DNA of 64,000 bases from the human T2T-CHM13v2.0 reference genome, Homo sapiens, in the NCBI RefSeq assembly GCF_009914755.1, contig NC_060926.1; one strand, written 5' to 3'. The notes beneath the pieces are model-generated. The model worked only from the letters and a program-made list of their open reading frames with translations, had not been told where the DNA came from and did not search any database. A program made the position numbers and the translations under genes. Shown here one piece after another: positions 28,301 through 45,355 of the stretch; position 1 is the first letter of the stretch, and every line of letters starts with the position of its first letter.

Positions 28301-29569
28301 CTACACTACAGGTTTCTCACATCAATATGCAGAAGTGCTTCACAGTCAAAGAGAGCGGTACTTACTTATCACAAGAACCACTGATAAAGTAAAACCTACC
28401 AATAAATAACTTAGAGCTGCTCATCAGGGAAGTAAACAGAAACCTATACCGGTGGAAGAGGTGAGAAGGCCCATGTTGAAAGGGAATCTTCATGGCATCT
28501 CCAAACCTAATCTTCATATCTCCAAAGCAATCCAAAGAGGTTCTCAGAAAGACCAGGTACCTCTGTCATAATGGGGACATGAGAATCGTGCCTGTAATAG
28601 AAGATAATCTCTGGTCCCTCAGTACAAGGTCACATGATAGGGGCTTTGCTCCAGTCTTCTGCTTGGTGAAGCAGTTTGACTTTCAGAAGAGCAAACTGTG
28701 TGGGTTTCACTGGAGGAGGATGACTCAGGAGGGCAGGAGCCAGACCACAGGACATTCAAAAGCAGGGTGGCAGGAAAATTCAGAGAAGCTTTCCAAGCTC
28801 AAAAAGCAGGAAAGTCCTAGGAATGGATAATCTTAGAGACAGAAAAAAGGAAAAACTCCTGGAAAAAAGAGAAGATTGCTCTGATAAAATGAATCCTAAC
28901 TAATGTTCTACATGGAATCCAGGTGGTATATTACACTAGGCAACAATGATCATTGTCAATTGGAAGGACACAGTTGCACTGGGAGAACTGATCTGCATCC
29001 CCAATTCACTCTTCCATAATAGGGGAAAAAGATATTAGAAAGGAAAATGCAATATTTATGATCCTATCATGGGCTAGACAAATTACATATACCCTTACTT
29101 TGTACTGACTTAAGAAAAAACCTATTTGTTTTGCTCCCAAGGTTTTAAAATAAATCGAGTTTGCACTTTGCCTGCTCAAACCTTGCAAAAGTGCAGAAAA
29201 ATAGGAGAAAAGGTGAAGGTAAATATATCAAATACTTGGAATAAACCCTTTTAAAGTAGAAGTCACCGAAGTGCCAGGATGGGAGAATCAGGGAAGACGA
29301 TGCCACTATGCCCTGCTTAGCATTACAAACTGCTAAGCCATCTCACCTTTCACCTGTCTCAGTCTCTGTCTTGGGGACGACACTCTTCATGAGATTTCTC
29401 GGAGGACATTTTGGTGTCTTGGGGCTGGCAACACGAGAGCTTGGAGGGCCTGCTGTTTCTTGGTCCTGCTGCAGGGGGTCCCCATCCAAATAAGCTGAAT
29501 AAGTTATCTCAGGAGAACTAAGGAAATCCACACGTGGTGACGATAGTACTTGATAATGGTGAATCATAA

Positions 29570-29770
29570 AAGTATATGTTTACTGAGTGCTTAGTATGTA
29601 ATGGTATTGTTCTCAGTATGTTACAAAGATTCATCTACTTACTGCTCAAATCAATTAGGTTATATCTAGTTAAAATGAGAAAAGGAGGTAGAGATAGGTT
29701 AATTAACTGGCCCAAGGTCATACAGCTAAGAAGCCGCTGTGTTAGGGTTTAAATCAGGACAGGGTTATGT
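29570..29770. mobile_element. MIR fragment
   Basis: TTTACTGAGTGCTTAGTATGT...GGTTAATTAACTGGCCCAAGGTCATACAGCTAAGAAG is a MIR core signature. Confidence 0.65.
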
Positions 29771-30037
29771 TACCAGTCCTGGTCCGTTAGAAAGTACTAG
29801 TTTTCTACTACTTTGATCAGCCCCGGAAAGCACGAGGTCTGGAAGCTACCTAAATACTTCATCTTTCATTGTTTGCCTTGTTGTGGCAGTAAGTAAATGT
29901 CAACAAAAGTTACCTTTAATACCTTCAGGAGACACCACACTAACTTATCTCGATTGGAAATAATTTAGAAATTTACTTCACCTCATTTCCCTTTTAAAAT
30001 ACATCAAATAATCCCACTTTAAAGTGCTTCCTTATTT

Positions 30038-30337
<300 letters not shown>

Positions 30338-30449
30338 TAAAGTGTTTGCTTATTTTAAACAACTTTTTTTTTTCTTCCCGGGGAACATTTATTAGCCTAT
30401 ATTGCCATGAGAAAACAACTTGAGACACTTCAGCCTCAACCCTCCTCCT

Positions 30450-32239
30450 CTAAGTCGGTCGGGACAATGGCAGGCGGAAGATGAAGATATAAAGTAAGAA
30501 TTCTAAGCTTCTCGCCTTCCTGTTACAGCCGATCTGCTCTGCATTTGGAATGCGGCGTCTTTGCGGGCGTTCTGAGTCATTCCTACTCCGCTGCAAGCCC
30601 CGCAGAGAACCTCGCCTTCTTCCCGACCGCCAAGTCTGATTGTACAGACTTCATAGAAGGTCTGGAATAAGGACTGTGTTGCTGCAGAGGCCGGGTCTTG
30701 GGCCCCTGGGCGTGAGGACGCAGGCTCGGCCCCTGGGAAGAAATGTACTAACGCACCTCAAGACTCCTAAGGTGTTTCCAAGTCCCCCCTCCAACTTTCG
30801 TGTCCAGGTCACGCTGCCCCGCCCTCGGACAATGAGAGGGTGTGTCAAGATGCTCTTTGCATCTTTGGAAGCCGAGGGGGAAATAGGAGACTTTCGACGG
30901 GGAGCAGGTTTTCCGGAGCCGTTTGGGGCTGAGATTCTCGAACCCCTGCTGGGGGCCGAAAGCGCCGGAGAAACCTGGGACTAAACGAAGGCGACTCCCC
31001 GCAGGGCGCAGGCACCGCACCCGGCGTTTGTTTTATTCTTAATTTACTTTTTTGGGCACCTCTGCTATTGTTACAAATAAATGCGAACGCGGAGCTTTCG
31101 GGCGGGCTCTGGGAGCGGCCCGTGGGCATCTTGGAATATTAAAAACGTCATCCGGTTGTAAATAACCTACTCCCCAGCCCTTGAAATCCGGGACGTCACA
31201 GGTGAGGCTGAATACCAGGTTCGCACAAAGGCAAACCAAACTCAGCCGGGATGCCGAGTGATGGGGTTGGCAAGATAGTGTGGCCTCTGGTTCCCTCCAC
31301 GCGTGATAAGTGGGATCATGACAGCGTCCTTGTGCCTTCGATTTGTCCCCGAGCCCTCCTCTGCCTTTCCGATCTCAAACTAACCCGTAATGGAGCTGGC
31401 AAGTGGGACGAACGGGACAGCCTAAAGCGTCGTTGGCCCGGCCAAGAGGGGCTCAACGCCTGTCACCCCGGGCGGCCTTGGGTCCTTTGCAGTCGGAGAG
31501 GCTGCAGGGGAGGAGGAAGACCCAGCCAGCTCCAGGGTGCAGGATTCTGCCCTTCCACCCGAGAGCCTCCCCCGGTGTCCCAGTGGCAGTGGCTGCCCCG
31601 GGCCGCGGTCGCAGAGTAAGCAGGGGCTCCAGTCCTCGGTCCGCGCGCCCTGCCCCTTGGGCTCAGCTGCGAGCCACCGCCGGCGTGCGCACCCACAGGG
31701 AGAGAAATGGAGGTAATCCCCCGCTTCCCACCGACTGCCGGAAGCTCGGCCTCTGTGCAAACCGAAGTATACCTGCACCCAAGAGCGTGGAAATAATTTA
31801 CACGCTGAATGGCTACTATTAAAAAGGATCTTTTTAACAGATCTCCTGGCGAGTATTTTAAAACAGGACTCTGCGCTAGATCAGCTCGCCCGTCGGCAGC
31901 TGTCAGCGACCAGCCGACAAGCTGAGATTCCCCTTTCAGCTGTCACTGGCGATGACACCCACATCTATCACTGGCGATGTTTTGTTAATTTAACCTCGAG
32001 ACTTCCCTGATTATCCGCATAATCTGTCCTCAAATCCCCTCGTTGTCACTGCATTTTGATGACACGGGGGACTTGGAAAGCACCTATTTTGTGGGGGATG
32101 GGGAAGCCCACAGAAAAGCCCCCTGATGGGGGAAGGAGCAACCGCCACCCCGCCCATGTGAGAAAAGAGCCCAGCAGCCAAATGCCGGTGCAAGTATTTA
32201 CTTAACCTTCCTGAGAACGCAAAGGTAACCGGAGTGTGC

Positions 32240-32250
<11 letters not shown>
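30450..32250. promoter_or_regulatory. Orphan CpG island 12-14 kb upstream of PAX3
   Basis: CpG-dense with no credible ORF. Contains AT-rich TF-motif patches at about 31030-31200 and 31790-32030. Confidence 0.75.
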
Positions 32251-32280
<30 letters not shown>

Positions 32281-32308
32281 AGAGAGAGAGAGAGAGAGAG
32301 AGAGAGAA
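32233..32308. repeat. Compound (GT)n(GA)n microsatellite
   Basis: GT run followed directly by an AG run. Confidence 0.95.
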
Positions 32309-32479
32309 GCAACGTTTAAATAACCCTCCTTTGGTGATCCAAGACCACTTCCAAAACTCAAAATCTAAGCATTGCCTCAGCATCTCCCAATCGGTTTCTA
32401 AGATAGGGCACCTGGTGGCGTTTAGTTCATTAAAGTGAGATTAGGAAGACAGTCGCCTTTCAGTAAATACGTTAAATAT

Positions 32480-32666
32480 AATGGCTTTCAAATTTGGCTG
32501 CACAATAATCTCACATGGGGTGCCTTTAAAAAATACCGATGCATCTCCTTCTCCGCTGCCCCGACCAATTAAATATATGTCTCTGGGGGCAGGAAGGGTG
32601 CTTCTGTAATTTCTTTTTAAGGCTCTCCAGGTAATTCTAACGTGCTAATAGGGTTGAGAACCTCCA
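32480..32666. mobile_element. MER5-family hAT-Charlie MITE
   Basis: TTTCAAATTTGGCTGCACA..TTTAAAAAATACCGATGC..TTTAAGGCTCTCCAGGTAATTCTAACGTGC..GGGTTGAGAACC. Confidence 0.7.
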
Positions 32667-33781
32667 TAAAGCTCACGTCGGTGGATAAATTTGCTATGTG
32701 TGAATTTAATAGGAAATGAGCTTCTAGGGACAAATCATTTGCCTTGCGGAACTTGGCCCTCCAATTTTTTTCCGAGCAAAGACTGTCAATTCTCACTGGA
32801 AGGTAATTCTTCCCCAAACTTTGCATCAGATAGAACCTGCTCTCTACCTCTCAAATTTGACTACAAAATATTTTTAAAGTCACACAGTAGTGACACAAAT
32901 GTGTTATTTATATATGATGGAGAATACTTGTTTATGTGCTATGAGATAGCTGAGTGGACCACATATTACCACAGTTCTTGAAATCATAGTTGTTGAAATA
33001 AAATTGTTCTATTCTTGCAGTGATTAAACATGCTCTCTTCTGTTTATTTTGTGGTATGTTTTGTAAGATTAAAAGCTAAGGGAACTTTTTGCATATTTTC
33101 TCCACTCTCTTCCTACTTCAATATCCCCCACTCAACCCCATGGAGATGTGGTATTTCTAAACCAAAGATAATCCAATTTTACATGCAAAGGCAGCTTAAA
33201 AAAAAAAAAAGGAAGTGTGCACATTCTTCCTCAGCTCCTAGGAATATTCTTGGAAATTAGGCATTGAATATTCTTACTTCTCCAAGTATATTTTATAATC
33301 AGAAATTATTGTGAATTCATCACAGAAACAAACTTGTTTTTCTTTGGCATATTTCAGTCCGCTTAAGAGTACAGAAGGCTTAGAATCAAAACTGATTGGA
33401 TGAAACAATGCCAATATATATTACAAAGCTTATCTTATATGGAAAATCAAAAGAGATCTCTAGCAGAGGATAAATTCAATTTCTTACACTTTCTTCATTC
33501 ACATAACTTCAAACTAAGATCTGGCTGCAGTCATTTCTAACATTCATTTCAGAAATAGATACTACTGTAAATATTAGCTGCTCCTCAAACAAACTTGCAC
33601 TATAACAAATACAATAAAAAACATATGATTTCAAAGGAAGACGTGTAATGCATATTTAGCAAGCATGCAGTTCATTGTCCATAAAGTGAATTTCATCATC
33701 TTTGTATAATAGCAGAAATGTGAAATACAAATATAGCTAACAGGAATTAAATGATTAAAGAGGGTACGAGTTGAATCACAG

Positions 33782-33849
33782 AATAACTGGGGGATTACTT
33801 AGTTATTAAGATCATAATAACTGGGAAATTGCTTAGTTATTAAGATCAT
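33782..33849. repeat. 34-bp tandem duplication
   Basis: AATAACTGGGGGATTACTTAGTTATTAAGATCAT and AATAACTGGGAAATTGCTTAGTTATTAAGATCAT (3 mismatches). Confidence 0.92.
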
Positions 33850-34344
33850 AAAATTAGCAATTCTATGAATAACGATTTATTAAAACGGCAAAGATTGAAT
33901 ACTTAAGAAAACAGGGAGTAACAAATAGTAAGAAATTTAATAGATCTTTTTCTCATGTTGGAAATTCCACTGCAATGTGCTTTTTTCCCAGTTACGCAGG
34001 TGCTGCTAGCCTTGGAGGCGACAATGTAGACATGTTCACAAAGATACCTTAAAATGTCACACAATGCAGAACTGATTAAAAATGGAGGCCAAATGTCCTT
34101 TAGTCTCTCTAGCGGTTCCTATCGCTGAATATAAAACAGTAAGAGTTCCACTGTTATAGTGCTAATTTTTCTCAAAACTCAAAGTGCTTGCCATAAGTAT
34201 TTTTTTTTTTTTTGCCTTTCAAAAATTCTTATGAAGTAGGGAAGGAAACTATTTACCTAAGCCTCCCAGGATCTCAGGAGTTATGGTCAGTGTGAGTCTG
34301 GAAAGCCAAGTCACTTAAGATTAATTCCAGAGTGTCCCTTCAGC

Positions 34345-34890
34345 AGACTCAACAGAACATTTATCAGCCACTCACTATGTGCCCAGAACTGGTTAAGGCT
34401 TTGCAGATCAAATGGATGACCAGATAGACAAAGTTCCTGTTTATGTCTTTACATTCTGCAGGAGAGTGATGAAAAATGCAACTGATAACTAAGACTACTG
34501 CAAACAGTATAACACATATTATACAAAGTAAATCTCATTAAGAAAGTAAAACTGGGATAGATACCCACTGGGAATAGAGTGGCCAGGGCAGACCTCTCTG
34601 GGGAGGTAATATTAGACACTTGGAGACCTAAATAAAAGCAAGGTCCATATAGGGCTTTAGTTTCCAAAGAATTTTCATGAATTTACCCTCTTATGTGTAC
34701 AAATCTTCACACCAACTCCATGAGGTAGGGGGCGCTGATACTCCCCACCCCTAATTTTATAGATGGGGAGCCTGAGACTCAAAGGAGGTTAAATGATTTT
34801 TAACGGTCTTTCCGACTAAAGAGAGAACCAATGTTCAGGCTTACACCTCCTGCCTGCAGATACTGACCCCAAATCCAATGTGCTTTCTAG
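34345..34890. mobile_element. L2 fragment followed by MIR fragment
   Basis: CTCAACAGAACATTTATCAGCCACTCACTATGTGCCCAG (L2 3' end), then ATTTTATAGATGGGGAGCCTGAGACTCAAAGGAGGTTAAATGA (MIR core). Confidence 0.55.
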
Positions 34891-37379
34891 ATGTGCCTGT
34901 TGTTCACTAAATCATATTGTATTCAGAGACTGAATGTTTAATTCACCACCTGCATCATGAGTTTCTTTCACCTGAAATGTAGATCCTATGAAAGCATGAT
35001 GATGAGTCTAACCTGTAGCCCTAGAACCTAGGCAGAATGTGGCCCATGGGGACCAGGAGTTTCCAAGCAGGTACAGAGACCAGACCAGGCCTGGCTTTTT
35101 GTAGTGACTCTACTGGTAGTAGAAGTGTCCAGGATTGAATCAAGCTTTTCCAAGATGAAGAGTTGCCATGGGAAGGGAAAAAAAAATACCACTTTCACCA
35201 GGAATCCTCCAGACAACTTACTTGCTATTTCAACAATTACTTCTTAAACTCCTGCTTTGTCTAAGGTGCTGGTGTATAGGTGTTTCCACGTAAATATAAA
35301 TGATTAAACCCAATCTGCTGAATGGAGAGAGGGGAGAGAGACCTGAATGCCAGATAACCACTAGAAACCAGACAGATATTTTCCATGACCACATCCTGCC
35401 ACTCAGTTCCTGATGGCAAAATCAGAAATTAGCAATAAAGCATGGTAAGCCACAGAAAATCTCTCTCCATGTTTAGATACTGATCTGCTAAGTGTGTCTC
35501 TTTGACTTCAAAGTATTCTAACTCAAATTTCAATTACATGAAATTTACACGTGCAATCTATAATAGAAGCAAAATGTGGCTTCTGTTGCCATCGAGGTGA
35601 TTCAAGAATGTATTTCTCAGTTATGAGGAATCTTTTAGGTTACATTATTGGCATACTTCTCTGGAGCACAAATAAACTCTAAAAAGAAACCTGGTGCCCA
35701 AAGTAACCTTAGACAGACTTCTAGGTTGCCAGTTTAGCACACATAAAAAACTCATGTGTGTGTACACATGTACAATGGTTACAGCCACAAAGCCAAGTTG
35801 TTACCAGTATGCATATATTTTATACATAATATATCTTTAAACATAAACCTAATACATACATATATACATGTGTAGCTGCACTTGTGCAACTCAACAGTTT
35901 TTAGTGCAAACAGAATCTTAGTAATGGAGGTAAATAAAGAATGAATAAGAGGTAAAAATGGATATAGAAGTAAAACACAAGACATGGGGGTATAAATAAA
36001 TTAAAACTAAGTTCTGAAAAGTGACTTTTAGTAATAGAAACCTAAAAACATTTCATAGAAGGCAAGAACAAAGTCTGACAACAGAGTTTAGTTTTAGTGG
36101 ACATTGTGGTAGTAAATATGTAAGTTACTTCTCTCTTCAGAATACAACAGATCTCACTGGGCCTTCCAGGGTCATTATTCCTAGAAATAATCCCACTAAA
36201 TGCCCATCTTAGCAACGCACATTTCCATGTGTGAGTTATTTCTCTCTCAGCCCCATTTAAAAATGTGAAATTTGGATTTAGAAGGGGACATGTATTTAAG
36301 GAAGAGAAGTGCCACACAAATAATGGAGCAATTTTACCATGAAATTAATGTCATGAAAATAGATATTTCTATAAATACCTCTTGTTTTTATTATTAAGAC
36401 AATGCAGACATAAAACACTTCATACTGTAGTTTCTACATTGCAGCCAAACCACTTATCAATGGCCAATAAATTACTTCACTCCTATGATAGATACAAATG
36501 CTCGATTCAAGTTCAATTAATAGAATAGTGTCAGGATATCATGCAGACAGCTTGCATAAATACTCGAGGAATAATAGCATACCTTCAGTAGATTCTGTGA
36601 TTTTTAAGCATGAAAACTTTGTCTTATTCCAAATTTCAAAAGATGGAATAAAGAATGTTTTCATATAAAATACATTTGGAACAGTTTTCCTTCTTAAAAA
36701 AAAAGGCATCTAACCCACTTGCAACATATACTGGCAATTCATCTTTGTAGTTACAAAATCAGATAGATATATATTCTTTTTCATCTCATGTGACTGTATG
36801 TGAACATTTCAGTAATTCCAACAATATCAAACAGCTAAATTCAAAATCATATAATACTTTCTAATAAGTGTATACGATATATATCTTTTGTAGCCAAAGG
36901 CAGAAAGACCTTCAGTTAGTTGATTTCATGTTTGGGCACTAGTTTATATTTTATCAGATAATTAAAAGTCATTAGTTATTTCACAGTATAAAATATTGAA
37001 TCAATTACCAACAGGCTTTTATTTTCTGCTCCTAATTTCGAAATGTATTTGGACTCGAGGTATGGGAATAATGTCACTGCTTATCAAACAATTTTCTGGA
37101 AATCTTAATGCACAAAAATTTCCAGATTTATATATTCAAAAATAAATTATATGTTAAATGAAATTAAGAAAAAAAGGCGAGGGGAAGGAGAAAATCTAGT
37201 TTATATTCTGTGTGAATAGCTTTCAATATCTTCCAGGTGGGGGCAACCGTAAGCCACTTTTGAGAGAAGGGAGAACAGGCTCTTTAAGCTCCCTGAGTCT
37301 AGTTACAGAAGACTTCCTGGCAGTAACACCGTGAATAAAACAACCACAAGCTTCCAGGAGATGAGACTTCTAGGCTCTG

Positions 37380-39980
<2,601 letters not shown>

Positions 39981-41377
39981 GTATCATTTAGAGGAAATTT
40001 TTGAGCTGAACAGTATTTTTTTTCTCCCTCTCTCTCTCTCTGAAATATTGCTGAGATTTAAAGGAGGACGAAGACAACAGATTCATAGCTGGGTCTTGCT
40101 GTTTTCCTGACGCTGACCACAGCGGATCTAGGTGGCTATTTCGTTGGTGCACAGGCGTTCACAGAGGCAGAGAGGGGAGAAAGTTGTCAAACAGATTCAC
40201 AGACTGTCAAAGTGCGGCTTAAACCGAGTTCCTGGGCTCCCTCACTGGCTTCGTCCACTTAAACTTTTAACGTACACATGTAGAGAGCTGAAACTCCAGG
40301 GGTAACATGGGACAGGTCCTCTTGATTTAATGAAAACAGAAGATCAACTGGACCGGGTAGCAAGAAATAAGGCTTAAGAAGCACTGGGTAGGTGACAGGA
40401 GTGGTGGGCTTGAGGACCAACTGAGGGGTGGTGTTCAGATACTCCTAACCAGAAAGTCTGTCCCCCGATTTCTCCAGGTTGGGCCTCACCCTATGAGCAG
40501 GGAACCCACCTTCCCCCTCAACAAAAGAAAAGATGACTTTGGAATGTTCTGGATTCCCACAGCTGGGAATGTTCCTACTTTTTTTTCAGTTTCTCTGCAG
40601 AAGACAGCAAGATGCCCCAGGGAATGTTTGTGAAAAAGGATGACTGGATGGGAAGCAAGCTGAAGAAAAAGAAGGAAAGAAAGAGAGAAATCAGTAAATC
40701 ACCACACAAGAGGTGGAGAAGAGGACTTATAAATATTGTTTCTATGACATTTGAAAATAAATGTTTTACTCCATGCTAATAGTGAATGTGATGTCTTCAG
40801 TTTGAAGGGCTTTAAGTGAAGCTCATTAAAACCCACTATTTTCCATTTCCTAGTTTTTAATTTTGTAATTATTACTTGGGGTAATAACATTCTTTCAATT
40901 TTTTAAGCATTTCACTTAGTGATGGGGTGGTGATCAGAGAGGGTGGGTTGAGGGGACATCCTGAGAAGGCCTTAGTCTGGCCTTGGAATATTACAAAGTG
41001 ACACTAACCTAACTATAGGAAGTGGCTTTCTGTCCTCTTTCCCTCATTTAGTTGTATGATTGGGAAAAGCCTGAAAATGCTCATTTATGCAGTGTTAAAC
41101 TGGGTTCTTGTGCTTTAAGCCTTGAGTAGCTGTGTGCTGAGATGAGACGTAATGCTGATGTAGGACATATTTAAAACAGAGTATCTGGGAGAAGAGAAGC
41201 ACATGAACAGGAGGGCTAGTGTGGCCTCCATACCAAGTGACTAAAAATAGTTCTGAAGGTCTGTATGTTTGAATATGGTGTGCATATGGGCAAAACACTT
41301 AAGATTTTGAAGCTTCACTTTATTATGCATTCTCACCATTGAATGACAGACTTGAGGAACAGAGTGTAGGATGACAC

Positions 41378-41550
41378 TGGGCTTTCTCAAGCTCAGCATA
41401 ATTGACATTTGGAGCTGGATAAGTCTTTGATGTGGGGCTGTTCTGGGCATTGTTCAATGTTTAGCAGCATCTCTGGCCTCTACACACTTGATCTCAGTAA
41501 CACCTCTCCCCAGTTGTGACAACCAAAAATGTCTCTGGTTGAGGACCATG
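41378..41550 (+). mobile_element. MER20 (hAT-Charlie), internally deleted
   Basis: TTTCTCAAGCTCAGCATAATTGACATTTGGAGCTGGATAA..GTTTAGCAGCATCTCTGGCCTCTAC..GTTGTGACAACCAAAAATGTCTC..GGTTGAGGACCA. Confidence 0.85.
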
Positions 41551-42108
41551 GAGCTACCACAAAGTCACAGATTTGGTTAAAGTGAAACCAAAAGCAGTAA
41601 TATCTTACAGCTCCTAACTAGTGTAAGATAGCATTCTCAAAGAATTTAATGACTACAGGCATTTCTTCTATAGCTCATGGTCATTTAGATAATACTGAAC
41701 TCTCTTTGAGAGGTCCAGTACAGCTTTTGTCAATAACACATCCTGTTGATGGAGTCATAAACAATTGCGAGAATTTGGTTAACCATGGTAAAATTTACTG
41801 TCTGAGTTTGGATAGGTTTTTCAGAGGAGCCCAAATCAATTATTTTATATCCTAGAGTCAATCATTCATTTTTAGGACTCATAAAAATGCCATGTGGGGC
41901 TTCTGTAGGTACAGGGAGGAGGCGTGACATTGCTAAAGAGTGTGAGTTTGTGTGACACAGGCCATAGACACCTGCCTTAATAGACTGTCAGGCCAGTGCC
42001 AGTGTCACCTGAAGGTTTAAGTAGTAAAGCCTGGTCATTCATGTAGGAATTAGAGTTCCACTTTAGAGAAAGATGTATTGAAAGGGATCAGAAACAAGGA
42101 ACTCGGCA

Positions 42109-42886
<778 letters not shown>

Positions 42887-43129
42887 TATTTATGTCAGTA
42901 TTTGAACTCGCTTTGCAAGAATCTTGTTCATGCTTGAACATATTAGACATCCACTATTTGCTGAATTGTTTTATTTTTGAAGATTTGTGTATAAATGGGA
43001 GACAGCCATGGTCTCAGGCAATCTCTTACATAGATTTCCTCTACTGACCACCTAAAGAGAGAGAATGCTTTAGTTTTGGGGTTACTGTCTCACAAAGGAC
43101 TTAGTGGGGAAAAAGCATTAACATAGGGT

Positions 43130-43340
43130 GTGAGTTGACAGTCCTGAGTCCACATCCTAGTTCTGCTACTCATCATTTGTGTAGTATTAGATGTGCTATT
43201 TGGCTTCTCTGTGCTTTAGTTTCCCAAACTGTAAAATGAGGATAAGGGTGGTTACTGCATAAGTCTGTTGTGAAGACTGAATATGCTGTACACATAACAC
43301 ACAAAGACTCCTGGGCTGCTGTTAACACTCAGTATTATCT
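43130..43340. mobile_element. MIR fragment
   Basis: CTTCTCTGTGCTTTAGTTTCCCAAACTGTAAAATGAGGATAA is the MIR core. Confidence 0.7.
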
Positions 43341-44259
43341 ATGTCAGTGGTTCCTATACCTGATCTCAGTAATTCTTATGAAACCCTGTGAGAGAGGCTC
43401 AGAAAGTTTATGTAATCAGCGTAAGGTGACACAGCCAACAGGAGCAAAGTAGTTCTCATGCATCTCTTCTGTTATTTCAGAGATAGAGATACAGGTAGTA
43501 GCTCAGTCAAGAAGACCAGGCAGAGGCCTGACCTATGAATTTAATCACACATTATTGATCTACTACTTGCAATAAATAAAGCCCTGCATAAAACATGAGG
43601 ACAAAGTGAAATCTCACTGTAGATATTGGAGGAATATATATACATAGGCAGATCATGCCACTCAGAAGCAGGTACTAGATGGTTCAATCAAAGCCTTGAC
43701 ATTTTAAAATAGAAACCAGGTCGATTCAATCAACATTTATTGAGGTCCTATTCCAGAAGCCATTGGTGCTGGTGATAAAATACCTGGCCTCCTGGACCCA
43801 ATAATTTAATAGACGAGCCAAGAGGAGCCTGAGGAGGCAGGATGACTACATGTGATGTAGTAACATCCTGGAGGGAATCCTAGAGCAGAAAAAGAGCATT
43901 AGGGAAAAGCTAAGGAAATCCAACTAAAGCATGGACTTTAGTAAATAGTAGTGAGTCAACAATCAGACTGTCATAATGTATGAAAATGGATAAAGCTAGA
44001 TGATGAGGATACAGATGCTCATTATACTACTATCTTCCGTGATATTTAAAAATGTTCATAACAGTCATCAATCTTAGAGACACACTCAAAATTGGGATCA
44101 TCTGTATAAAAATAGCACAAATAATGCCTACATTTTTGAAGACCTCACTAAGCACATTAGTTTTGAGGGACTGGAGAAAATAATCTGGAATCTAGCTCTT
44201 TTGTTCATTTTTTTTCCTTTGGCCTTTTTTTTGTTCTCTGCCGTCTTTAAGAAATCTAC

Positions 44260-44520
44260 GGCTGGGTGCAGTGTCTCACACCTGTAATCCCAGCACTTTG
44301 GGAGGTAGAGATAGGAGGACCACTTGAGGACAGAAGTTCAAGACTAGCCTGGGCAACACAGAGAGACTGTCTCTACAAAAAACTAAAATATTAGCCTGTA
44401 GTCCTGGCTACTCAGGAGGCTGAGGCAGCAGGATCCCTTGAGCTGTAGAGTTTGAGGCTGCAGTGAGTCACACTCCTGCACTCTAGCCTGGGCAGCCGAG
44501 AAGACACTGTAAAAAAAAAA
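44260..44520 (+). mobile_element. AluJ element
   Basis: GGCTGGGTGCAGTGTCTCACACCTGTAATCCCAGC..GAGGCTGCAGTGAG with an A tail. Confidence 0.93.
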
Positions 44521-44735
44521 GAAAAAGGAAAAAAGAAAGGAAAGGAAAGGAAGGAAGGAAGGAAGGACGGAAGGAAGGACGGAAGGAAGGAAGGAAGGAA
44601 GGAAGGAAGGAAGGAAGGAAGGAAGGAAGGAAGGAAGGAAGGAAGGAAGGCAGGCAGGCAGGCAGGCAGGCAGGCAGAGAGAGAGAGAGAAAGAAAGGGA
44701 GAGAGAGAGAGAGAAAGAGAGAAAAAAGAAATCAA
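44521..44735. repeat. Polypurine compound repeat (GGAA)n(GGCA)n(GA)n
   Basis: About 215-nt purine-rich tract arising from the Alu tail. Confidence 0.95.
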
Positions 44736-44739
44736 GGAA

Positions 44740-45048
44740 GGCTAATGGTGGTGGTTCACACCTTTAATTCCAGGACTTTGGGAGGCAGAGGTGGGAGAAT
44801 CACTTGAGGCCAGGAGTTCAAGACCAGCCTGGGAAATATGGCCAGCTCCTATCTCTACAAAATATAAAAATAGATAAAAATTAGCCAAGTGTGGTGGTGT
44901 GCACATTTGGTCCCAGCTACAAAGGGAGGCTGAGGAGGGAGGATCCCTTGGGTACAGGAGTTCAAGGCTACAGTGAGCCACGATTGCACCATTGTACCTA
45001 GCCTGGGTGACAGAGCAAGATTCTATCTCAAAACAAAAACAAAACAGA
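44740..45048 (+). mobile_element. AluJ element
   Basis: Dimeric Alu containing GAGTTCAAGGCTACAGTGAGCC. Confidence 0.93.
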
Positions 45049-45355
45049 AAGAATTCAAGGAAGCGCTGAAGCGGGAGGGGAGCCCAGATGTCCCCTTTTT
45101 GAAACAGGGAGGAAAATCAAGGCTGAGCTCACTGCCCAGCACTAGTCCTAGGAGTCCTTCTCTTCCTCTCTCCACTCTTCACAGGCGCTGCTCAGACCTC
45201 AGACCACTGCCCTTATCACTCAAGGCATTGGTGATATCATTGCTCCAAAACCCAGACTGCATGGGCCAAAGCAGATGAAGAAGAAATATGGGAGCTTATC
45301 AATGTTATATAATAAATAGAACAATGGTAAAATGGCAGAATGGAAAAATAGGAGC

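Noticed and set aside
32406-32420. CTCF-like GGGCACCTGGTGGCG (similar partial matches near 25285, 34722 and 38371)
   Set aside because: Each has mismatches in core positions, and such matches are common in GC-rich DNA. Needs PWM scoring and ChIP data.
44412-44735. 107-aa ORF with LPSF repeats
   Set aside because: Translation of the (TTCC)n microsatellite.
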